Virus record (IMG/VR): IMGVR_UViG_3300037067_026753
Length of the DNA: 64,000 bases
Reading direction: 5' to 3' (one strand)
From: a virus
Shown here piece by piece: positions 10,814-20,544 of the stretch. Every line of letters starts with the position of its first letter. Within the stretch, counting starts at the first letter, position 1. The notes beneath the pieces were generated by a model, which was not told the DNA's origin, did no database searches, and saw nothing but the letters and a program-made list of their open reading frames with translations. The position numbers and the translations under genes are program-made.

Positions 10814-10990
10814 TTAAACATATACACGTATTTGATTTCGTTGTTTGTAACGTTTTCTGAGGCACTCAACACAAATAATCTCTCCATACATTACTTCTAT
10901 TACTTCTCTTGTTTTCTTATCTACGATTTCAACTTTGATACGTGCATAATTGTCTTTCTCTAGATTGCAATTCGAGCAATGCATTTTCAT
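10814..10990 (-). CDS. small zinc-ribbon protein, 58 aa (MKMHCSNCN...CVEC), not in ORF track (<60 aa)
   Basis: own translation; two CxxC pairs. Confidence 0.35.
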   Translation of the reverse strand: MKMHCSNCNLEKDNYARIKVEIVDKKTREVIEVMYGEIICVECLRKRYKQRNQIRVYV

Positions 10991-10999
10991 CTCCGTTAA

Positions 11000-11278
11000 T
11001 TATTTTATATCGGCAAGTTTTGTTGCTCCCTCACCTGATCTCTCCCTTTCAATCATTTTTGATTTCATCTTGTCGTTCTTTTTTTTCATTTGGTCTTTAA
11101 TTCTAAAGCCCTGACTTGGCCAATCATTTCCTTTGAGAACAAAATTCTTGTTTAAAGAAAAAAGCCTTTCACAATCACCAGAACAAATCTCGCATGACAC
11201 TTTTGGAGTAGCTGTAATACCGTGCATTTGTTCTTGAACATTTCCACATTCCTTACACTGATACTCATATGTGGGCAT
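11000..11278 (-). CDS. FmdB-family zinc-ribbon protein paralog (MPTYEYQCKECGNV...CEICSG)
   Basis: same signature as 10529..10786. Confidence 0.6.
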   Translation of the reverse strand: MPTYEYQCKECGNVQEQMHGITATPKVSCEICSGDCERLFSLNKNFVLKGNDWPSQGFRIKDQMKKKNDKMKSKMIERERSGEGATKLADIK

Positions 11279-11427
11279 TTTAATCTCCTCTTAAAAATTA
11301 ATTTTATTTAATTTGTACTACTAATTATATCTTGAATTTCAATGACAATGATCTTTAAATTGAAAACACAACACAATTCTGTCTATTAAACAATAGTCTT
11401 ATAAAAACTATAGAAATGGGAAATGAA

Positions 11428-12111
11428 CTAGTTCAAAAACCAGTTTATTGGTTGAATATTTTTAGATGCCAAAAAATCATTTGTTTTAGAAAAGTGTTTG
11501 CATCCAAAAAATTTGTATGAGGATAAAGGTGACGGATGAGCAGACATTAAAATTTGATGTTTTTTCTGATCTATTAAAAATCTCTTATTTTTAGCAAAAG
11601 AACCCCACAACAAAAAAACAATATTGCTTTTTAAATCAGATATTTTTTCAATTACACAATCAGTGAAAATCTCCCAACCTATTTTTGAATGCGACAATGG
11701 TTTATGGAGCTCGACTGTAAGAAAAGAATTCAAAAGCAATACGCCTTGACGAGCCCAGGACTCTAAACAACCAGATTTTGGTATTTCAATTTCTAAATCA
11801 TTTGCAAGTTCCTTAAAAATATTTATAAGACTTGGTGGCTTATCGATTCCTGCAGGAACAGAAAAAGAGAGGCCCTGAGCTTGTCCAACATTATGATAAG
11901 GGTCTTGGCCTAATAGAACCACTTTGGTGTCATCAAAAGAACACCATTCAAATGCTTTAAAGATATTATGTATTTCTGGTCTTATTTCTTTTTCTTTGTA
12001 CTCTGCAAAAATTCGTTTTTTTAATTCAATAAAATAAGACTTATCCTGTTCTTCTTGAAGGATTGTTTTCCAACTTTCAGGTAACTCTAAAATATTTTTT
12101 CTATTTATCAT
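11428..12111 (-). CDS. ung: uracil-DNA glycosylase, family 1 (GQDPYH water-activating loop, HPSPLS)
   Basis: diagnostic UDG motifs. Confidence 0.85.
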   Translation of the reverse strand: MINRKNILELPESWKTILQEEQDKSYFIELKKRIFAEYKEKEIRPEIHNIFKAFEWCSFDDTKVVLLGQDPYHNVGQAQGLSFSVPAGIDKPPSLINIFKELANDLEIEIPKSGCLESWARQGVLLLNSFLTVELHKPLSHSKIGWEIFTDCVIEKISDLKSNIVFLLWGSFAKNKRFLIDQKKHQILMSAHPSPLSSYKFFGCKHFSKTNDFLASKNIQPINWFLN

Positions 12112-13033
12112 TACTCAAACACATTTTTAAAAAATCAATGACTTTTAATTTTATTCCAGGAGAAGTTTTTTCACTATTTCCTGCAACATTTAAAACTTTT
12201 ATTGCATTACATTTCAACCAACTTTTGAATTTTATTTGTTGTTCTTTTAAATCTACATTTAAGTCAACATCAAAATAAGGTTTATCGTATTGAACTATTG
12301 CTTCAAATGTACATTTTTCACCTGATGAATTAAAATTTGTTGCAAATCTTACTGTCCCATCAGATTCTTTAACATTTAGATAAGTTCTTGGAGGATAATA
12401 ACTTGATTCATGTTCTTGCATATTGTATAATTCTTTATATTCTGGTTTGTCTCCATCTAATGTTCTAAAACCTGCAGGCATCCATCCACCAGATTTAAAC
12501 CCTATCAATTTTGCTGTAATTATACCAGCTTCATCAGCCCCTGTTTGACCACCTGAAATAATTTTTTCAACTTGAATATTATACCAATCAACTGTCGTAG
12601 GAATACTTTGTGTTTCTCTTGAAAAATCGAGCTTTGTGATCAAATCCGGTCTATGTAATCTGATCATCTTTCCAATCAAAGTAGTATGACAAAAAAACAT
12701 TCCTGTATTTTTTATTTGCTCTTTTGAAGAAGAACTACTCGGGCACCAACAACATAAAATATATTGTTGTTTTTTGTCAAGACTTTCAAGCCAGTTTTCT
12801 ATTTGTTCCCATCTATCTACATAACCTCCTCGTAACTCATTTATATAGCTATCAATAGAATTGCCACAATTTCTAAGTCTTAATCGAAAACCATTGACAT
12901 CTTTTGGGAACAAAAATTCTAAGTCATGATACTTACACCACTCAGGTTTCCAACAAGCAACACTGTATTTGTTTTCTAATTCATGTTTCTTTGCTTCAAA
13001 AAATGAAGTTAATAATACATTGAATTCAAGCAT
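12101..13033 (-). CDS. Cys-rich N-terminal domain fused to SLOG/YpsA-like (molybdenum-cofactor-carrier-like) nucleotide-binding domain (ISGGQTGADEAG)
   Basis: GGQTGxD motif of YpsA/MoCo-carrier SLOG clade. Confidence 0.45.
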   Translation of the reverse strand: MLEFNVLLTSFFEAKKHELENKYSVACWKPEWCKYHDLEFLFPKDVNGFRLRLRNCGNSIDSYINELRGGYVDRWEQIENWLESLDKKQQYILCCWCPSSSSSKEQIKNTGMFFCHTTLIGKMIRLHRPDLITKLDFSRETQSIPTTVDWYNIQVEKIISGGQTGADEAGIITAKLIGFKSGGWMPAGFRTLDGDKPEYKELYNMQEHESSYYPPRTYLNVKESDGTVRFATNFNSSGEKCTFEAIVQYDKPYFDVDLNVDLKEQQIKFKSWLKCNAIKVLNVAGNSEKTSPGIKLKVIDFLKMCLSNDK

Positions 13034-13044
13034 ATCTATTTATA

Positions 13045-13085
13045 TACCAAAAACAAAAAGAGCCGACACCTTTGAACCTGCCGGC
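13045..13085 (-). terminator. rho-independent terminator (GC hairpin then CTTTTTGTTTTTGG on minus strand)
   Basis: hairpin plus T-run immediately downstream of 13102..14814 gene; same T-run motif recurs at 27515-27560. Confidence 0.55.
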
Positions 13086-13101
13086 TCTTATTAATAAAAA
13101 A

Positions 13102-14814
13102 TTAATTTTTATGTTTATGAATCTGAACTACGCGCTCTTGCTGTAAAGCTTTTTCTTTTGAAGGATGCCTTCCTAAAAGTCTATCTTGATCCTTTGTGTA
13201 TAAACACCATCGTTGTTCTGATTTGGGTCTATTATCTTGATCTTTTTTAGGGCATTTTTTGATTATTGCTATCTTGATAAGTTCATGTTTACTAAGAATC
13301 TTTTTCTCTTCATTTGTCAAAAGGTTACTCAAGTATTTTATTGGATCTTTAAAACCATAACGCTCAATATATTTGAAAATAATATTGAAAGCTTCCCAAT
13401 TTTTACTAAATTTGCAACCTAATAATTCAAATTCATTTGTTTTGAATCTAATTAAACGAAATTCTTTAATTTCTTCTTTCAAAGTTTTCAAATCTTGAAA
13501 ATCTCGTGTTAATTTTGCTTTTATATCAGTCGTGTCCTTATTTGCTTTTTCTTGATAGACTAAGTCATTCACATGAACTTTTGTTCTAAAAATAAAGGGT
13601 AGAACAAATCTAACAATAGACAAAGCTTGCTGTCGTTCTTTTGCAAATTCTTCATCAGGTACAAAAGTAGTATCGACAAATTTTGGAGAACTCAACCACG
13701 AATCCTTAAGAATATCATAAACAGAATCAGATTCTAAACGTCTATTTTTCCCTATAACAAAGAATTTCACGGGATGGTCACCAACCAACTTCTTGTCATT
13801 TAACCTATAGACATATTGGCGGATAAATTGCCTTATCTCGAGATCATTCGAGCAATGTCTAACCGATTGTAGATTGTCTTGTCTAAACTTGTCAAAATCT
13901 ATAGAAACATTTATATCGACATCAGTTTCCGGAACATATTGATTAGTAACCATTGATCCTGTCATTGAAATATCAGTTACCCAATTTTTATAATTGTTAA
14001 ATTTAGAAAGAACACTAGAGAGCCTATCAAGAATTATCTTTCTAATTTCAGATTTTAATCTTATTGGTTCGACTTTCAAATCCCAAATCATAGGACAAAA
14101 AGTTTCTTGAGGATAATCAATTATCGAAGCATGCTTGGGCAAACGTCTTTCAAAAAAAATTTCAAGTTCTTTGGGTAAGAGTTTTTTCTTTTTTAAAACT
14201 TCTGCATTCTGCTCCAACATATCTTTCCCGCCTGGGACATAATCTCTTCTTTCGATTAAAGGTTGCATTATCTGAGCAATAATTCTCTCAGTATTTGCTT
14301 TTTTGTATTCTGATGTATCTTTAACTTTTATCCAAAGAAATTTTTTAGCACTTGTTTTTATAAGAGCATAATAACCATCAACTTTTTTACCATTAAATTT
14401 TACCACGTATTTCTTATCATAATCGACATCTACAAGTTCAAAAGTTCCTTTGTCATAAATATCGACTGTTCCTGCACCATAATGCCCTTCTGGTATAGTG
14501 CCCTCAAAATCACGATAAGCTATATCATGATCTTCAGTTTCTGATGCAAGCAAAGGTTTATCGCTTGGGAGTTTATGCTTTGGAATTGCCCAACTTCTAA
14601 GCACTGTACCTGATTTGTCTGGGAATTTTGTTTCTGGTTCCGTTGTGCTATCATTATCCCAAACACGCTTTTTGTAATATGAAGTAAGGGCATCTTTCAA
14701 TGAATCAACAGGGAATTCAAGTCGTAGATCCCAGTGTTCATTAGTAGCGACATGATGTTGTATTACGAATTTTCCTTTATATCCAATTTGAAGTTTTTCT
14801 TTATCGTAACTCAT
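13102..14814 (-). CDS. LigD-type 3'-phosphoesterase (PE) domain (FVIQHHVATNEHWDLRLE, GHYGAGTVDIYDKGTFEL) fused to a Pol-beta-like nucleotidyltransferase-like region (TGSMVTNQYVPETDVDINV)
   Basis: strong match to LigD PE His/Asp motifs; GS...DxD NTase motif. Confidence 0.65.
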   Translation of the reverse strand: MSYDKEKLQIGYKGKFVIQHHVATNEHWDLRLEFPVDSLKDALTSYYKKRVWDNDSTTEPETKFPDKSGTVLRSWAIPKHKLPSDKPLLASETEDHDIAYRDFEGTIPEGHYGAGTVDIYDKGTFELVDVDYDKKYVVKFNGKKVDGYYALIKTSAKKFLWIKVKDTSEYKKANTERIIAQIMQPLIERRDYVPGGKDMLEQNAEVLKKKKLLPKELEIFFERRLPKHASIIDYPQETFCPMIWDLKVEPIRLKSEIRKIILDRLSSVLSKFNNYKNWVTDISMTGSMVTNQYVPETDVDINVSIDFDKFRQDNLQSVRHCSNDLEIRQFIRQYVYRLNDKKLVGDHPVKFFVIGKNRRLESDSVYDILKDSWLSSPKFVDTTFVPDEEFAKERQQALSIVRFVLPFIFRTKVHVNDLVYQEKANKDTTDIKAKLTRDFQDLKTLKEEIKEFRLIRFKTNEFELLGCKFSKNWEAFNIIFKYIERYGFKDPIKYLSNLLTNEEKKILSKHELIKIAIIKKCPKKDQDNRPKSEQRWCLYTKDQDRLLGRHPSKEKALQQERVVQIHKHKN

Positions 14815-15092
14815 AAAACTTCAAACCTCATATTTCTTAATCTTGACAATCTTCTTTTCAATTCATTTTTAAGAGTTCTTTCATTAGTTACTTCCATATT
14901 CATAAGAATATCAAGAACTATTGATATGTTAGGCCTTCCCACAAAATTAGAAAAACCTGGAGCAGCCCGAATTGTTTTTTGAAAAAGAAGTGAACTTGGC
15001 CTGTCTAAAACAACATTAATTCGTATTTTTCTTGTTCTGTCAGCAGCTTCTTTTAAAATTTCATTTGCTATTTTCTGGACTTGTTTCTTCAT
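14811..15092 (-). CDS. hypothetical protein (93 aa)
   Basis: ORF. Confidence 0.35.
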   Translation of the reverse strand: MKKQVQKIANEILKEAADRTRKIRINVVLDRPSSLLFQKTIRAAPGFSNFVGRPNISIVLDILMNMEVTNERTLKNELKRRLSRLRNMRFEVL

Positions 15093-15324
15093 TAGTTTCT
15101 TCTTTAATAGATTTTCTTGATTTTGATTTTACAGCAGCATGGCCTAAGCCCAAAGCTGACAATAAGAAACCAAATATAGTCACACTCTTTGAAAAAACTA
15201 GAGGAAAACCATCAGGGCAACCATTGGGCCATATCACAGCTATACTCGGAATTAAAACAGACCAATAGATCAATGCAATTGTTCTTTTTCTTCCATTAAT
15301 GAGCCGCCATAATTTAACTAGCAT
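15061..15324 (-). CDS. small membrane protein with two predicted TM helices and charged C-terminus (holin-like)
   Basis: hydrophobicity pattern. Confidence 0.35.
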   Translation of the reverse strand: MLVKLWRLINGRKRTIALIYWSVLIPSIAVIWPNGCPDGFPLVFSKSVTIFGFLLSALGLGHAAVKSKSRKSIKEETNEETSPENSK

Positions 15325-16175
15325 AATGCACCTCCAGTTTTATTGATTTCATAGAGTATGCGTAGATAAGAGGATTCTTTCTTTTTATTATCCCATTTGA
15401 ATTTCTTTCCAATAACTTTTTGATAAATTTTATCAAACTTTGCATCTTCTTTTTTAAAACTTTTTAGAGAAGAAACTGGTACACAACATAATCCAGTTTC
15501 TATTCTCATGCTATATGGTGCAATATGACCACCATCAGATTTCATCGGTGAAAGATCTATATTAATTTTTGAACCAGAAGGCTTATTTGTTGCAATTACA
15601 ATCTTGTCATCGTCTTTAAAATATTCTTCCAGACGTTTTTCAACATCTTTTCTGATAGCACTTATATCACGTTTTGATTTTAATTTTCCTTTTACATGAA
15701 AACCTCGTTTTCCTGTAAAATTTATCTCTGGATTTGATTTGAAATCTTTTTGTTCTTTTATAAAATCAACACATTGCGAAACAATATCTTTCAAAGATTC
15801 AAATGTTGCACTGGACCCTGGATCAATATCGAAAATAGCTTCATCCGTTGTAGTTGGAGATGTAATATGGTATTCACCTGTCTTCCCTGTGTGATATTGT
15901 TCAAAATCATCAACTGAATTGATCCTAATATATTGAGTTTTTTTATCATAAGGACGTCTTATGTAAAGTCTTGAACCCGGACGAATTGCCATGACAACAA
16001 ATAAATCATGTCCTTTTAATTCTGGTACAAGTTTATTTTTTACACCATCATAATAATTCCAGACATCAATTTCTTTCACACCGTTAGAAAAATATTCATT
16101 CTTTTTGACTACAAGTTGGTCAGGATGTTCTGGATAATCTGCTGTTTTATTCAGTAGTTTTTCCATCAAATTCAT
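15318..16175 (-). CDS. archaeo-eukaryotic primase-type polymerase, LigD Pol-domain-like (DIDPG, TGKRGFHV)
   Basis: AEP motifs I and III. Confidence 0.65.
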   Translation of the reverse strand: MNLMEKLLNKTADYPEHPDQLVVKKNEYFSNGVKEIDVWNYYDGVKNKLVPELKGHDLFVVMAIRPGSRLYIRRPYDKKTQYIRINSVDDFEQYHTGKTGEYHITSPTTTDEAIFDIDPGSSATFESLKDIVSQCVDFIKEQKDFKSNPEINFTGKRGFHVKGKLKSKRDISAIRKDVEKRLEEYFKDDDKIVIATNKPSGSKINIDLSPMKSDGGHIAPYSMRIETGLCCVPVSSLKSFKKEDAKFDKIYQKVIGKKFKWDNKKKESSYLRILYEINKTGGALC

Positions 16176-16590
16176 CCGTTTTATCGTTCAATGCATCAGC
16201 TTTTGTCTTATGAATTATTTTATCTTTGTGTTGCGGTGGTGCATAAAGTGTGTAAAGTTTAAGATCTTCTTTTCCTGTGTTAATTATATTGTGTTCTGTA
16301 CCTGCAGGAATCAATATAGAAAAACCATCTTTAATTTGATGGGTCTCTCCACTAATAACAACTTCACCAGAGCCAGCATCTAATCTAAAAAACTGATCGA
16401 CATCTTTATGTGTTTCTTTTCCAATATCTTCTTTAGGTTTTAATGTCATCAAAACTAATTGTAAGTTTTCTGCTGTATAAATAACTTTCCTGAAATTTTT
16501 GTTTCTTATTGTTTCTTCTTCTATATTGATGACAAAACCTTTTTTCTTGTTTTTCTTCAAAATCTCATCGGCTATTTTTGAAACATTCAT
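16147..16590 (-). CDS. cupin-fold protein
   Basis: GxxxxxH...PAGTEHN cupin motifs. Confidence 0.5.
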   Translation of the reverse strand: MNVSKIADEILKKNKKKGFVINIEEETIRNKNFRKVIYTAENLQLVLMTLKPKEDIGKETHKDVDQFFRLDAGSGEVVISGETHQIKDGFSILIPAGTEHNIINTGKEDLKLYTLYAPPQHKDKIIHKTKADALNDKTDEFDGKTTE

Positions 16591-16598
16591 AATTTCAC

Positions 16599-17078
16599 CT
16601 ATGCTAGAAATTCAAAATGTGGATAATCAGGGTTTTTAAATCTTCCTCCCCATTTCAATCCTACACTTTCTCCAAGTAATCCAGCTTCTAAATAATCAGG
16701 CTGTTCATTTTGATTGACATTAACTTTTACATCCCAAATAACTTTTCCATTTTTTGTAATAGCAATATCAAAAGCTCGTGATTTATCGTTTTCTTTATAA
16801 CCATCATCAAGATCTACGAGATGTCGGGATGCAAGTGTCCATGTTACTTTATTCTTATTTTCTTTTTCTGTAATTGAAGGTAAATTAGCCATTCTTCTAA
16901 GGATATTGACTTCTCTTACAGGTTGTCTGCCTTGAGCATATAGTGCCTGTTGTTCTTTTACTGTTCTAGCTGTACATGTCACTATAAAAGCGATTTTTGC
17001 AGCATCCATTTTTTCTTTGAATTTAGCATATATTAGCTGCATTTGTGGTGTTAAATCTTCAATTTTTCTTGAAGCCAT
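16599..17078 (-). CDS. peptidase M15 (VanY / L-alanyl-D-glutamate peptidase-like) endolysin (SRH...AFD, WGG...D.PHFE)
   Basis: zinc-ligand motifs of M15 family. Confidence 0.65.
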   Translation of the reverse strand: MASRKIEDLTPQMQLIYAKFKEKMDAAKIAFIVTCTARTVKEQQALYAQGRQPVREVNILRRMANLPSITEKENKNKVTWTLASRHLVDLDDGYKENDKSRAFDIAITKNGKVIWDVKVNVNQNEQPDYLEAGLLGESVGLKWGGRFKNPDYPHFEFLA

Positions 17079-17081
17079 AAT

Positions 17082-18542
17082 CTATTCTTCCTGATAAGAT
17101 TCTGGCCATACACCTTCATTTTGTTTAAATTTCTTCTTTATTTTTTCGCCATTAGCTTTAGGGTTAAGTTCTTCTAGAGCAATCATAGCATCTTCCCAAT
17201 ATATTCCCTCATGATCAATTAATGTTTTAAGTTCTTCAGCAAGTTTATCATAATCAGTAGAGTTCCTTACGATGATAAATTCTTTAATGTTTTCACGATT
17301 CTTAGGGTGTTTCATAGGTTTTCTGCCAAAAGCAGCAAGAATTTCACCAGCAATTTTGTCAATATTGTTATTCAGAACTGAAGCGGTTTTGATTTGCGCT
17401 TTTTTAGTGAAATGCTTGTGTATTGCAGCTTTAATTTCTACCATTGTTTGTCCAGGAAAGAAGTTCTCACGTATAATTTCGCAAGCTTCTCTAAGACAAG
17501 AAATTATTTCTTTGTCTTCATTGGTTGCAAGAATTTTTGCAGTATTTACAGTTTCAACAACATGAGACCCTGTAAAATCTTTTGAAAGCGTGATAATTTC
17601 ATCATCGACAGCTTTTCCAAGATGTTTGAAATACATCATTTTAAGATTCTCAGGTCCAGGTAAACCAATCTCTATTCTTCTATCAAAACGACAAGGGCGA
17701 GAAGAAAGAGCTGTGTCCAGCATTTCAATTTTATTTGTAGATGCTATAACAACAAGTGGTTCACCAAATTTTCTCATACCATCAAGATTTGTAAGCAGAT
17801 CGCCAAGTTGATTTGAAGCTGTAAAGTTATCTCTATTTCCACTCATAAAATCTATATCTTCGAATGCAAGAACTGTTGGGCCAAGATATGCCAAGAACTC
17901 AAACAGCTTACTAACAGCCATATATCTAAAAGATTCAGCTGTCACATAAATTCTACTTACATTTTTCTTGTCAAGATCATTAAAAACAGCTTTTACAACA
18001 GAAGTCTTCCCAGTCCCTGGAGGCCCATACATAACAAGACCCCGTTTGTTCACTCCTGCTGTTGCAAATTTTTGATTTCCAAGAAATTCTGATGTGTTAA
18101 GCCGTATATCTTTCTTAGCTTTTTCGGTAAGGATAACATCATCCCAAGAAACTTTCGGAACATCCCTGAAAAACATTGTTTCTTTTTCAGCATATAGGCA
18201 TTTTCCACGATATTGATTTTTCTTAATCATATCGTTTTCAAATCTGTCAATCCATTGTTTTGCTTCTTCTCTTGTTTGAGCATAACAGTTCACATGAAAA
18301 CTACCATACTGCATATATGCTGTAATTATTTTGTTATCATAAACTGCAGATAAATTTTCAATTGCAGGCATTGTGTTATAGACATCGATTTGTAAATCAT
18401 CTAAAACTGGTTTTTTCCCAAAATCATTTGCTGTTGCAATTTTTGGTGTTTGTTCCTTCAACAGATTTGTGATTGTATATTTTGCAATTGGGACAAGTAA
18501 ACCATCATAAGAACGAGAAACTGGAGTGAGACCGAGTATCAT
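17082..18542 (-). CDS. classic AAA ATPase (Walker A GPPGTGKTS, second region of homology SRPCRFDRRIEIGLP)
   Basis: AAA signature motifs. Confidence 0.75.
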   Translation of the reverse strand: MILGLTPVSRSYDGLLVPIAKYTITNLLKEQTPKIATANDFGKKPVLDDLQIDVYNTMPAIENLSAVYDNKIITAYMQYGSFHVNCYAQTREEAKQWIDRFENDMIKKNQYRGKCLYAEKETMFFRDVPKVSWDDVILTEKAKKDIRLNTSEFLGNQKFATAGVNKRGLVMYGPPGTGKTSVVKAVFNDLDKKNVSRIYVTAESFRYMAVSKLFEFLAYLGPTVLAFEDIDFMSGNRDNFTASNQLGDLLTNLDGMRKFGEPLVVIASTNKIEMLDTALSSRPCRFDRRIEIGLPGPENLKMMYFKHLGKAVDDEIITLSKDFTGSHVVETVNTAKILATNEDKEIISCLREACEIIRENFFPGQTMVEIKAAIHKHFTKKAQIKTASVLNNNIDKIAGEILAAFGRKPMKHPKNRENIKEFIIVRNSTDYDKLAEELKTLIDHEGIYWEDAMIALEELNPKANGEKIKKKFKQNEGVWPESYQEE

Positions 18543-18556
18543 ATTTAATCTCCTTT

Positions 18557-18892
18557 TTAATTACTCTCTTTTAGATGTTTTTTATTAACAATGTGGTATT
18601 GTTCTAATGGGAAAGCTTTAAGTCTTTTCAAAACATCAAGTACTTTTTGTTTGCTTTTTACATCAGAATTTATCTCTACTTCTACAAGATTTTTGCCAGT
18701 AAAATCTGGGAACTCTTCGTCATCTATATCAAAAACTTTAAGCTCTACTGTTAATCTGCTTAAATGCCTTTTCAATTCTTCAATTTTTGTTTCATCAAGA
18801 CCCCATGACCCAAGATCCTTTGGATATTTTGCCGATGTTTCTAAATTGAAAGCAAGTTTTTTAACTATAGAATTCAATTCTTTCAAAATCAT
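18557..18892 (-). CDS. hypothetical protein (111 aa)
   Basis: ORF. Confidence 0.4.
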   Translation of the reverse strand: MILKELNSIVKKLAFNLETSAKYPKDLGSWGLDETKIEELKRHLSRLTVELKVFDIDDEEFPDFTGKNLVEVEINSDVKSKQKVLDVLKRLKAFPLEQYHIVNKKHLKESN

Positions 18893-20079
18893 AAGTTTCC
18901 TCCAACAACTGATCTTATAATAGACTCAGATATAATAAAAAGTTTAGAACTTTTTAAAAAATTTTTTTTCATTTTAGCATAATCTGGTAATTGACTCAAA
19001 CGCAAATCCTGTGCATTTATATCTTTATCGGTTCTTTCTCTAACGAATCCAGGTTTTGAAATAGTAGCAGCAAATTGATCTTCAATTTTTTCCCAAGATT
19101 TATCTTTAAATTCAAATGTATTGACAGGTCTATAATTCAATCTCTCGTAACTTGTTTCTATAACTTTATTCATTTTAAAAGGATCGACCCAAATAGTTCC
19201 ATTTTCTTTCTTTATCTCATATTTTTTAGCAAGTTTCCACCATTCATCCCGATCAGTATCTGTAAAACCAACTCCTAAATTTATGACTTTATAAAACTGT
19301 TTCCCATCATAAAAACCTAATATCAAAGCCCCCATACGGCCTTTATTCTTCCCACGACCTTCTTGAACAGCTAATACGCCAAGATCTAAAGTAAAAACAG
19401 GTTTAGACTTATAGATTTTTCCATCTGCCGTTCGAACAACTATACCTTCATTTTTTTCTTTTTCGACCCACTTGTTCCAAACTGATTTCAAGTCAGAAAC
19501 TTTTCCGATTTTATGATCTACTGGATAAATATGCTTCGATTTCCCAAACCATTTTTCGAGTTTTTCAAAATTTGTTTTATAATCTTCATAAGAACTTGAA
19601 ACTTCTTTATTATCAAGTTCATGAACTTCAAAAGGAAAAAATTCTATATGTTCTTCTTCACCAAGTTCTGGTTTTCTTAACGTTGATTCAGTATCGTTAA
19701 AATGTACTGGTTTTCCATGAGATGAAGTCTTTGCAAGTTCTCCAAAAATAATAGCCTGTCGAACTTTTTCTTTTTTCAAAATAGTTTCTATTTCGTTCGA
19801 CACAGGCATATCTTGACGAATTCTACCATCTTTTGAACTGAACTTTACATCTCCTGGAGTATATTCCATGCCACCTAATTCGCCATCAATTTTTTCTGAC
19901 GCGAAAATCTCTTGGTCTCCAACTTCTTTTTTGAGCTCATCAAAGCTTAAGGAGACCATACCTTGATGCTCTTTCCAGGATTGTACTTGTTTTGTTAAGC
20001 TATTAGACTTGTCAATATGGGACTTCATGTCAAATAACAGCAAATAAAAACTATAGAAAAGAACTAGATGTTTAGACAA
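18889..20079 (-). CDS. ATP-dependent DNA ligase (motif I SEKIDGE, motif IV EGIVVR, motif V KSKP; OB region GALILGFYDG). Start probably at an internal Met
   Basis: covalent nucleotidyltransferase motifs. Confidence 0.7.
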   Translation of the reverse strand: MSKHLVLFYSFYLLLFDMKSHIDKSNSLTKQVQSWKEHQGMVSLSFDELKKEVGDQEIFASEKIDGELGGMEYTPGDVKFSSKDGRIRQDMPVSNEIETILKKEKVRQAIIFGELAKTSSHGKPVHFNDTESTLRKPELGEEEHIEFFPFEVHELDNKEVSSSYEDYKTNFEKLEKWFGKSKHIYPVDHKIGKVSDLKSVWNKWVEKEKNEGIVVRTADGKIYKSKPVFTLDLGVLAVQEGRGKNKGRMGALILGFYDGKQFYKVINLGVGFTDTDRDEWWKLAKKYEIKKENGTIWVDPFKMNKVIETSYERLNYRPVNTFEFKDKSWEKIEDQFAATISKPGFVRERTDKDINAQDLRLSQLPDYAKMKKNFLKSSKLFIISESIIRSVVGGNL

Positions 20080-20084
20080 ACGTT

Positions 20085-20498
20085 TTAAACAGTTACAGCT
20101 TCGGCATCTACTTCCTCAAGTATTTTTTGCAAATCATACTTGGGTTTCAATTTCATCTTATGCTGTTGTTTGTCGTATTCAAGGAAAGGATGTGGAGATT
20201 CACGCTTATCTTTTATGAAAAGCTCGATAAACTCTTTACCACCTCGAAGAAGTTCATCTATCGATAATGTCTTGACATCAGGGTTTCCTAAGAAAAACTT
20301 TTTATCAAGATATCCAAAATCTGCAAGAGCAATTTCAGGTTCACTTTGGCTAGTAAAATCTTCCCAAAATTTTTTTCGATCTTCAGGCGATAAAAACTCA
20401 AAATGTAGATCGGCATGCCCTTTCCCCTTAACAGGTACCTGAGGCATTGCTTCTTTTACTATATCATCTAACAATCTATTATATTCAGCACATTTCAT
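20085..20498 (-). CDS. hypothetical protein (137 aa)
   Basis: ORF. Confidence 0.4.
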   Translation of the reverse strand: MKCAEYNRLLDDIVKEAMPQVPVKGKGHADLHFEFLSPEDRKKFWEDFTSQSEPEIALADFGYLDKKFFLGNPDVKTLSIDELLRGGKEFIELFIKDKRESPHPFLEYDKQQHKMKLKPKYDLQKILEEVDAEAVTV

Positions 20499-20544
20499 TC
20501 TATTCTCCTAACAAAATATTAAGAGAATAAAAGCTTTAGAAAAT

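Noticed and set aside
13102-20079. Ku gene completing the NHEJ set
   Set aside because: No ORF in or near the cluster shows Ku beta-barrel or bridge-like sequence features. Noted as absent rather than annotated.
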